Shown in pieces: positions 57,231-64,000 of a stretch of DNA of 64,000 bases. The stretch is from an uncultured Bacillales bacterium (lineage in GTDB: Bacteria > Bacillota_I > Bacilli_A > RFN20 > CAG-826), in contig CAMKPL010000001.1 of the NCBI GenBank assembly GCA_946414655.1, positions 47,081 to 111,080 of the forward strand, read 5' to 3'. Numbering within the stretch: the stretch's first letter is position 1; every line of letters starts with the position of its first letter. The notes under the pieces were generated by a model. The model did not search any database and was not told the origin of the DNA. It was given only the letters and a program-made list of their open reading frames with translations. Position numbers and translations under genes: made by a program.

Positions 57231-58478
57231 TTAAAGTTTAATGTCTTCCACCTTACATTTACGTCCTGGTTTAATTGTAATCTTACCCGGAGTAATAGCA
57301 CCAACTGGACAGACATGTCCGCAAAGGAGACAACCGACGCACTTATCGGTATTGCAGCTTGGTTCACGTTTTTCAGCGTTCCATTCAATGGCTTGGTGAC
57401 CACCATCATAACAGGAAATATAGCAACGTCCACACTTGATACATTTATCAAGATCAATGTTTGGACGGACAATGTAGTCACGGTTAAGGTTTTCTGCCGG
57501 AATGATGTTCTTATTGGCTTTGCCAACAAGTTCATGAAGTGAATCAACACCTTGTTCAACCATGTAGTGCTCAAGACCGTTTTTCATATCTTCCACAACA
57601 CGATAACCATATTGCATAATGGCTGTTGTAACTTGGAGAGTTGTTGCACCGACTAAGATAAACTCAGCAGCGTCTTCCCACGTTTCAATTCCACCAATAC
57701 CAGAGATTTCGAGGTTTTCAAGGCCTTCTGCTTGTCTCATTTGTTGAATGAAACGAAGGGCAACTGGTTTAACGGCTTTACCGGAGTAACCGGAAATAGC
57801 GGATTTGCCATCGACAATTGGTAAACCAACTTTCTTATCAAGATCGATATTACAAATTGATTTGATTGTGTTAATGGCAGCAATACCATCAGCTCCACCT
57901 TCTAAACAGGCTTTGGCTACTGGAACCATATCGGTGATGTTTGGTGTCATTTTAGCCATCATTGGAAGTTTACTTCCACGTTTGACGGCTTGGCAGTATT
58001 TCTTACAAAGTTCGGCGTTTGTACCAACATCACTACCCATGGCATGAGAAGTCATTTGTGGACAGGATAAGTTCATTTCGATCATATCTGCACCAGCTTC
58101 TTCAACCATGCGAGCTAGGTCTTCCCAAGTCTTTTCATCATTACCCATAATAGAGGCAATTAAGACTTGATTTGGGAATTCTTTTTTAAGTTTACGTAAA
58201 TCGCGTAAGTTTTCTTCTAAAGAGTGTTCAGCGATTTGTTCCATGTTCTTGAAGCCAACAAATGGAGTAGATTCCTTGTTGAGCTTATCGAAACGTGGAG
58301 AAACTTCATCAATAAAGTATGATTTTGGGCCGATTGTCTTAAAGACAACACCACCCCAACCAACTTCATATGCTTTCTTACACATGTCGTAGCAGTTTCC
58401 GACTGGCGAAGAGGATAAGCAGAATGGGTTTGGGAATTTCACACCTAAGAAGGTGACTGATAAATCTTTATGTACCAT
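57231..58478 (-). CDS. preA: NAD-dependent dihydropyrimidine dehydrogenase subunit PreA
   Basis: [23 protein letters not shown] (catalytic Cys), KMTPN, SGYSG.AVKP, two 4Fe-4S motifs. Confidence 0.95.
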   Translation of the reverse strand: MVHKDLSVTFLGVKFPNPFCLSSSPVGNCYDMCKKAYEVGWGGVVFKTIGPKSYFIDEVSPRFDKLNKESTPFVGFKNMEQIAEHSLEENLRDLRKLKKEFPNQVLIASIMGNDEKTWEDLARMVEEAGADMIEMNLSCPQMTSHAMGSDVGTNAELCKKYCQAVKRGSKLPMMAKMTPNITDMVPVAKACLEGGADGIAAINTIKSICNIDLDKKVGLPIVDGKSAISGYSGKAVKPVALRFIQQMRQAEGLENLEISGIGGIETWEDAAEFILVGATTLQVTTAIMQYGYRVVEDMKNGLEHYMVEQGVDSLHELVGKANKNIIPAENLNRDYIVRPNIDLDKCIKCGRCYISCYDGGHQAIEWNAEKREPSCNTDKCVGCLLCGHVCPVGAITPGKITIKPGRKCKVEDIKL

Positions 58479-58479
58479 T

Positions 58480-59712
58480 TTATTTACCTCCTAACGCAGC
58501 ATGGACATACAAGGCAACTTCTTTACCTGTACGAACACCGCCAACAACTGTTTTATCATATGCACTATGTGCAATATCGCCACAAACAAAGACTTTTGGA
58601 TCTTTGGTGTAGTATGGCTTTCCTTCATTGACTTCACCTTTAACGAGTTCAATTCCGAGTCCTTTAACTTCTGGGTATTGTCCAACAGCAAGAACGACTA
58701 AATCTGCTTCAACTTTAATTTCAGCTTTTATTTCGCGGTGAGCAAATGTGACAACATTTCCTTCAACCTTGCTTGGGACATAACCGTCAACGATGGTAAC
58801 ACCCATTTTTTGAGCGCCTTCAAGTTCTTTCTTGCTGGCTTTGAATTCTTTAAATTGTTCGTAGACAACATCAGTCACGTGTTCAACACCTAAAAGTTTA
58901 AGTGTAGTAACAACGTCCATAGCAACGTCACCACCACCAACGACTAAGACGTTGGCTGGAACTTTAACAGCTCCGCCTTTTGCTTTGACTTCTCTTAAAA
59001 AATCAACAGCAGAAATTACATATTTGTTGTTTTCGAATGCTGGAAGCATCTTACCATAGGAATATCCTGGGGCAAGAACAACAGCGTCATGTTTCTTTTT
59101 AAGATCTTCGACAGAAACCTTTTTACCAACTTCAACTCCAGTATGGAATTTCACTCCGAGATCTTCAATGCGTTTAATTTCGACATCAACGACTCTGTTT
59201 GGTAAACGATATTCTGGGATGAGTCTAAGCATACCGCCTAAGACTTTTTCTTTTTCGTAAACATGGACTTCATATCCAAGTTTATTGAAGCTTACAGCAG
59301 CTTGAAGAGCAGCTGGACCAGAGCCGACAAGAGCAACAGATTTACCATTTTTCTTACCGGCTTCTAAGATTTTCATCTTATTAGCTTCTTCGAAGTCTGT
59401 CACATAACGTTGAATACGACCAATGTCAATTGGTTTATCGATTCCGCTACGTGAGCAACCTTTTTGGCAATATTTTTCGGTTGGACAAACGCGAGCACAA
59501 ATTGAACCTAATGCGTTGTTTTCACGAATTGTTTCAGCCGCACCTTTGAAGTTACGGAAGCGAACTGAACGAATGAATTTGTCCGGATTAGTGCCAGCCG
59601 GACATGCTTTCGAACATGGTGCATCATGACAAAGAAGGCAGCGAGCTGCTTCTTCGCAAACGTTTAATGGAGAAAATCCAGGTTCGAAATCTTTTTTGTA
59701 ATTTGAATCCAT
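58480..59712 (-). CDS. preT: Dihydropyrimidine dehydrogenase subunit PreT
   Basis: [39 protein letters not shown]; adjacent to preA. Confidence 0.93.
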   Translation of the reverse strand: MDSNYKKDFEPGFSPLNVCEEAARCLLCHDAPCSKACPAGTNPDKFIRSVRFRNFKGAAETIRENNALGSICARVCPTEKYCQKGCSRSGIDKPIDIGRIQRYVTDFEEANKMKILEAGKKNGKSVALVGSGPAALQAAVSFNKLGYEVHVYEKEKVLGGMLRLIPEYRLPNRVVDVEIKRIEDLGVKFHTGVEVGKKVSVEDLKKKHDAVVLAPGYSYGKMLPAFENNKYVISAVDFLREVKAKGGAVKVPANVLVVGGGDVAMDVVTTLKLLGVEHVTDVVYEQFKEFKASKKELEGAQKMGVTIVDGYVPSKVEGNVVTFAHREIKAEIKVEADLVVLAVGQYPEVKGLGIELVKGEVNEGKPYYTKDPKVFVCGDIAHSAYDKTVVGGVRTGKEVALYVHAALGGK

Positions 59713-59775
59713 ATGAAAATTCCTTTCGCTTATATTTTAACAAATATGATTCTGTTTTAAATTTAGTTTTTAAAC

Positions 59776-59806
59776 AAAAAAGAAATCCGATTATTTCGGA
59801 TTCCTT
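59776..59806 (-). terminator. Terminator after fic
   Basis: AATCCGA-N5-TCGGATT with T-run on the minus strand. Confidence 0.7.
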
Positions 59807-59826
59807 AAATCGCCTGCAAATCTCCA

Positions 59827-60549
59827 TTATTTTCGCCAATCCTCTGGTTTTTTAATCGTTTCCAATTTTTTTATTGTGTGGTGTGTATATGAGTATTTAG
59901 ATACTTCGTTTCCATCAATTGTTTCGTATTTTTGTGTGTTGAAATTTTTTCTTGTACACAAGTCTGTGACAAATCCGTTTAAAAATTCATAACGAGAATT
60001 ATTGTACAAAGAAGACAAAACCAATGCATTTCTAAAATATTTCCCATACTTAGAAATTGTTTCGAAATTTATAGTTAAATTGTTCTGTTTTGCAAGGAAA
60101 TAAAGAAACACAGAAGTTGTCCTAGAATTCCCCTCTCTAAATGGATGAATATGCCAAAACTCTGAAATAAAGTAGCAAATTTTATCAACCAATTCCTTAG
60201 CGCTTAACGTTTTAAAATTGTACTTTTTATATTCCCCATCCAACTCCGTGAGTGCTGTTTTAATATAACTTGCAAAAACATAGTCAATTGAAGAACCACC
60301 CAAAATTAGTTCTGACTTATATATATCGATCGATCTCGGTTTTCCGGCCCATTCGAAAATGCCTGAAAATAAGGTTTTATGTATTAACAGAACATCAAAG
60401 ATTGAATCGATATGGAAATTGCTTCGAACCAAGTTATTAAAACCAAGCAAAAAATAATCTGCTTCAATATGCTCCAATTCATCTTCGTCTTGAATGTCGA
60501 AGCAATTTTTTAAAACTTTAGTTCCTGGATAAACATATGGATCAATCAT
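59827..60549 (-). CDS. Fic domain protein (FicT-like toxin)
   Basis: DPYVYPGTKVLKN, IHKTLF..IFEWAG..R, HPFREGNSRT. Confidence 0.9.
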   Translation of the reverse strand: MIDPYVYPGTKVLKNCFDIQDEDELEHIEADYFLLGFNNLVRSNFHIDSIFDVLLIHKTLFSGIFEWAGKPRSIDIYKSELILGGSSIDYVFASYIKTALTELDGEYKKYNFKTLSAKELVDKICYFISEFWHIHPFREGNSRTTSVFLYFLAKQNNLTINFETISKYGKYFRNALVLSSLYNNSRYEFLNGFVTDLCTRKNFNTQKYETIDGNEVSKYSYTHHTIKKLETIKKPEDWRK

Positions 60550-60864
60550 CTATTTGTGCAACCTCCCAATTGCAAATTGAGCTGTTTCATAATCGATCTG
60601 ACCCGTCGCATACAATCGTACGATCCTTTTAGCCTCTTCAGACGGGGCAACACCATCAATTTGAGCGAGTGCCGAACCCATTTCGATTTCTTTTTCAACG
60701 TCATTAGATAAAGTTAATTCAAACGGCAGACCCCTTTTATTAACTGATGCATTTAAAAATAAGCTTATTGCTTGACTCGTAGTTAATCCAAGGGCGGCAA
60801 AAATTTTGTCTGCGCTCGCTTTAACCTCTGGGGTTACTCTAGTATGAACGGTCATTGTTTTCAT
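60550..60864 (-). CDS. RelB/DinJ-type RHH antitoxin fused to a VbhA-like C-terminal domain
   Basis: RVTPEVKASA..IFAALGLTTSQAISLFL...GLPFEL plus SALAQIDGVAPSEEA...YATGQIDYE. Confidence 0.8.
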   Translation of the reverse strand: MKTMTVHTRVTPEVKASADKIFAALGLTTSQAISLFLNASVNKRGLPFELTLSNDVEKEIEMGSALAQIDGVAPSEEAKRIVRLYATGQIDYETAQFAIGRLHK

Positions 60865-60882
60865 ATTTCTTTCCTCGAAAAT

Positions 60883-60911
60883 AGTGTATCACAATTGCGA
60901 CACAAGCGCAA
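60883..60911 (-). promoter_or_regulatory. Promoter of the antitoxin-fic operon
   Basis: TTGCGC-17 nt-TACACT (with TG extension) and an imperfect palindrome around CAATTG in the spacer. Confidence 0.55.
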
Positions 60912-60920
60912 GAGATGAGA

Positions 60921-60950
60921 AAAATAAAAGGAGACTTTTCAAAGTCTCCT
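60921..60950 (-). terminator. Terminator after lemA
   Basis: AGGAGACTT-N4-AAGTCTCCT with T-run on the minus strand. Confidence 0.8.
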
Positions 60951-60971
60951 AGTAGTGTTATCAAATTTTCC

Positions 60972-61625
60972 TTAGAAAAACACGCCGCGAGCTTGTTGCT
61001 TAACTTCTTTAGAAACAGAGAATGGAATACGAGTTGTATATCCACGTTTTGCGGCAATGATTTGTTTGAATGGCCACTCAAAGATGGCTTTATTCCATTC
61101 AGCGACAACATCATTATAATGTTCGCGTGCAGCAGTGATTTCACGTTGAGTATAGCTATTTTGTTGCATTGCATCAGCAAGTTCTTGGTGAGCCTTTAAA
61201 TCTGGATAGTTTTCAAATGCAACATTAATCTTACGTGAAACTTCTTCGATTGCCTTATTTTGTTCGGTGAATGATTCAGCACCACCAGCACGTAATTTAG
61301 CAATTTCTGTAAAGGTTGATTTATCTAAATCAATTCCTTTTTCAACAAGCTTAGCAGCATTTTGAAGAATAACGACACGTTGTTCCATGTAGTTATCAAC
61401 TTGAGAAGCAGCTTGTTGGATCTTTTGTTGAAGTTGGCTTAGTTTTTTACCAGCATTGACTCTGGCAAGTAGCACAAATGGAATTGGGATAATAAATAAG
61501 CACAAGACCACTTGGAAAATTGTTGAGCCAACACCAACTTTTACTGGGATTTGTTTTTCAATGACATTAACGTCACGTCCAGCCTCGTTAACTGGACCAG
61601 TCATTTCGTCTAATTCGTTTGCCAT
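60972..61625 (-). CDS. lemA: LemA family protein
   Basis: TM, then ENYPDLKA, REHYNDVV..WN..I..WP...IA. Confidence 0.88.
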   Translation of the reverse strand: MANELDEMTGPVNEAGRDVNVIEKQIPVKVGVGSTIFQVVLCLFIIPIPFVLLARVNAGKKLSQLQQKIQQAASQVDNYMEQRVVILQNAAKLVEKGIDLDKSTFTEIAKLRAGGAESFTEQNKAIEEVSRKINVAFENYPDLKAHQELADAMQQNSYTQREITAAREHYNDVVAEWNKAIFEWPFKQIIAAKRGYTTRIPFSVSKEVKQQARGVFF

Positions 61626-61628
61626 AGG

Positions 61629-63320
61629 TTAATTTTCCTCCTTCGCCATTTGCGATTTTAGACTTTTTATATCTACATTCAACCCTGATTGTAAAGCAAT
61701 CAAGCCTCTCCTGTAAATAGTATTTTCATTGCCAAGTGAGCGGAAAGCAATTTCGTTTCCACCAACATTGGCTGTTTGAATGTCGCCTTCTCCGGTCACG
61801 CCAATATATTCCACCCAAGGAACCGGAACGTTATGAAGACGACCATCTCCGCCCATTACTGGAACGAGTTCAACATGGTTTTCTCCGCGGAATGATTCGG
61901 CGACAACATGCACTTGGTCGGCACCACCTTTTTCACCATTATAGAATGTGCGATAAATGATATCAGTTATCGAGGATTTATCGGCAAATTCTTTTGGATT
62001 AAAGAGATTGACCAACATCTCGTGTTCAAAGGGAGTTATCTGGGATTTGACGGTGTTTTTATAAATATATTCTTTTGGTTTATATTGTTGATAAAGTGGA
62101 ATAGAAAGAAGTGGGGCAAAGTCAAAATAGATAGCTTTGAAATAGTAATCGTTAAAGTCTAAGAAGAACTCACGAACCTTATCATAATCAAAGCCTCTAA
62201 AATCAGCGATGTCCATGAAAATGCTTCTTCCTCTCATATGCAGAGATTCAATAATATTGATGTATTTATCTTTTTTGAAATAGAAATCATCACCGAAGCC
62301 CTGGTCAGAAAAGAGAAGATCAATCATCGCTTTTTGAGCAAGAGGAGTAAACAGTAAACGATATTCAACTTCATTGTTTCTGTTAAGACCACCAAAGGAT
62401 AATTCAAATAAAGAATTTCCAAGAGGAGTATAGGTTCCTCCTTTAGTCATTGCTTTTTCGGCTAGCTTACTAAGATTTCCTTCGTTCTTACGAACATATT
62501 TTTCGCGTTGTTTCTCATCCATGCCATTCATTTCGCTTGGTCCACGAGAAAACTCAAGATGAGGTGCGGCTTCGTTGCCATAAACAAGATATGTTTCTTC
62601 TGAATATTCTGGCTTTGGTTTAGTAACGGTTGCTCTTAAAGTTTGGGTTTCAACAACAGTATAGCTTCCATCTTTTGTGTAAACGCGGCGTGTATATGTA
62701 ATTACCTTTGTTCCAACATAGGTATGAGGAACCATCTTCATCACTTTGTCTTTAAAGAAAACGAATGGATTACCAAGAATACTTCCTGTTTGGAGATTTA
62801 AAACCGAGCGATTTTCCATTGATGAACCCCACATGCCATACTTATTAACAAGCATTTCATATTTGGTTCGATCAAAGTTTCGATCCATCTGAATTAAAGG
62901 AACGCTTTGTTGGAACAGTTTGGCTGGCATATCATCATTAAATAATGCATTAAGGGGAGCCATTTGTTCCCATGCTTCTGAACGTAATTTATTGATTTCT
63001 ACATCGATTTTTGCCAGCATTTCTTGGATATTTTTCTTTTTTGGTCGATAAACAAAAATAAATAAAAAGATTCCAACAATGACTAAACAAAGAATGCCGA
63101 AGAGAAAAGCAAGCCATGCGAGATTTCCAAGTTTTTTCTGAAGCTTTTCTTTCTCGGCTTGTTTAGCATAAAGTCTCTTGCAGGTAGCTTGGTTAGCACT
63201 AATATCAATGCCAGATTTCTTTACGAGTTCATCAAAAAACTTTTCAACACGTTCATGATGTTGATCTTTTAATTGAAGTCGATAAAGTTTAGACGGCTCA
63301 AGTAAATCTGTTTGATTCAT
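61629..63320 (-). CDS. Conserved hypothetical membrane protein coupled to lemA
   Basis: 563-aa ORF, coiled coil-TM-large soluble domain, ends 3 nt before lemA. Confidence 0.7.
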   Translation of the reverse strand: MNQTDLLEPSKLYRLQLKDQHHERVEKFFDELVKKSGIDISANQATCKRLYAKQAEKEKLQKKLGNLAWLAFLFGILCLVIVGIFLFIFVYRPKKKNIQEMLAKIDVEINKLRSEAWEQMAPLNALFNDDMPAKLFQQSVPLIQMDRNFDRTKYEMLVNKYGMWGSSMENRSVLNLQTGSILGNPFVFFKDKVMKMVPHTYVGTKVITYTRRVYTKDGSYTVVETQTLRATVTKPKPEYSEETYLVYGNEAAPHLEFSRGPSEMNGMDEKQREKYVRKNEGNLSKLAEKAMTKGGTYTPLGNSLFELSFGGLNRNNEVEYRLLFTPLAQKAMIDLLFSDQGFGDDFYFKKDKYINIIESLHMRGRSIFMDIADFRGFDYDKVREFFLDFNDYYFKAIYFDFAPLLSIPLYQQYKPKEYIYKNTVKSQITPFEHEMLVNLFNPKEFADKSSITDIIYRTFYNGEKGGADQVHVVAESFRGENHVELVPVMGGDGRLHNVPVPWVEYIGVTGEGDIQTANVGGNEIAFRSLGNENTIYRRGLIALQSGLNVDIKSLKSQMAKEEN

Positions 63321-63365
63321 ACTTAAATGTTATACCTATTATAATTAAATATACATAGAAAAGAT

Positions 63366-63397
63366 AAAAATAAAAGAGAGCCACAATGTGACTCTCT
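63366..63397 (-). terminator. Terminator after the isomerase-like gene
   Basis: AGAGAG-C-CAC-AAT-GTG-A-CTCTCT with T-run on the minus strand. Confidence 0.7.
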
Positions 63398-63416
63398 ATA
63401 AGTAGATAAATAATTA

Positions 63417-64000
63417 TTAGAAGAAACGTCCAATAATATCTTTTGAAGCGGCACAAGTATCTTCCATGTCGCCGAAGGAAATAATTTCTCCAGCGTAGAA
63501 GGTGTTCTTTGTTCCTTGAAGTGCTTCAAGTTTATCATACCATCCGTCCGCATAATCTTTTGAGGAGACGTGTGGGCAATAATAAACTTCTTGAGCATAA
63601 AGTTTTTCTTTAATTGGGAATCCGACTTTCTTCATGTCTTCATCCATTGTTTTCATTACAACATCATAATCAACATCTTTTGAACCGGTGTGATTTGCTA
63701 AAGCGTAAACTGTCGCTGGACAATCGCGATCAAGGCATTGCCATCTGTTGTAATAAACCATCGCATGTCCAAGTCTTTCCGGAACCATATTTTCAACAAG
63801 ATAACCGGAAATATTCGGTGATTTTCCTTCTTCGAAAGTAGCAATGTAATCACAATATCTTTCGTGAATAATCTTGGAGAAGAGTTCTTTTTCTTCCTTG
63901 GTTGCATCAGCGTATTGAGCAAAGTAATCAAGTGGTGTTGTGACGATTAACTTATCAAATTCTTCTTTTTTAAGTTTTCCGTCTTTTCCTTTAATTGTGA
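63417..64000 (-). CDS. FAD-dependent enzyme homologous to C. acnes polyunsaturated fatty acid (linoleate) isomerase PAI; C-terminal ~193 aa, start beyond the window
   Basis: The frame stays open from 63998: ..DKLIVTTPLDYF..FSKIIHERY..PNISGYLVENMVPERLGHAMVYYNRW..YYCPHVSSKDYADGWYDKLEALQGTKNTFYAGEIISFG..SKDIIGRFF; matches my recollection of the PAI C-terminus. Confidence 0.8.
   Translation of the reverse strand, partial: TIKGKDGKLKKEEFDKLIVTTPLDYFAQYADATKEEKELFSKIIHERYCDYIATFEEGKSPNISGYLVENMVPERLGHAMVYYNRWQCLDRDCPATVYALANHTGSKDVDYDVVMKTMDEDMKKVGFPIKEKLYAQEVYYCPHVSSKDYADGWYDKLEALQGTKNTFYAGEIISFGDMEDTCAASKDIIGRFF

Noticed and set aside
57059-57574. 171-aa ORF
   Set aside because: Alternative frame of preA running through a terminator into intergenic DNA

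Overview
64-kb chromosomal segment from a low-GC anaerobe read with the standard genetic code (TGA = stop). Gene content suggests an uncultured gut/rumen Bacilli lineage (RF39/Erysipelotrichales/Acholeplasma-like; inference only). Most genes are on the minus strand. There is no prophage, CRISPR array or intact transposase. Housekeeping blocks: cysS-rlmB-sigH-like-mrp-rpmG-secE-nusG, four tRNAs, rplM-rpsI, ecfA1A2T-truA, smpB-folC-folT. Main points: (1) a ~16-kb single operon (23115->7037) plus a divergent carbamate kinase resembling the E. coli ygeW/ygeY/hyuA/ssnA/xdh/yqeA anaerobic purine (urate) degradation locus but rebuilt: no DpaL/YgeX and no YgfK, instead two other fold-II PLP enzymes, a PreA-like flavo-Fe-S enzyme with a remodelled catalytic loop and a short knotted-type carbamoyltransferase; (2) at the right edge, the C-terminal part of an apparent homologue of the Cutibacterium acnes linoleate isomerase PAI; (3) an Rnf operon with a truncated RnfB, an extra Cys-rich membrane miniprotein and ApbE/EetA/EetB-like genes; (4) an ArsR repressor with a metallothionein-like insertion, a RelB-VbhA fused antitoxin paired with a non-canonical Fic, and a membrane protein with a long cationic 11-mer amphipathic repeat; (5) several unexplained non-coding structures (MITE-like element, dispersed TTGCTGGTNATTT motif, palindromic tRNA spacer). 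All family assignments come from recognised motifs, not database searches.
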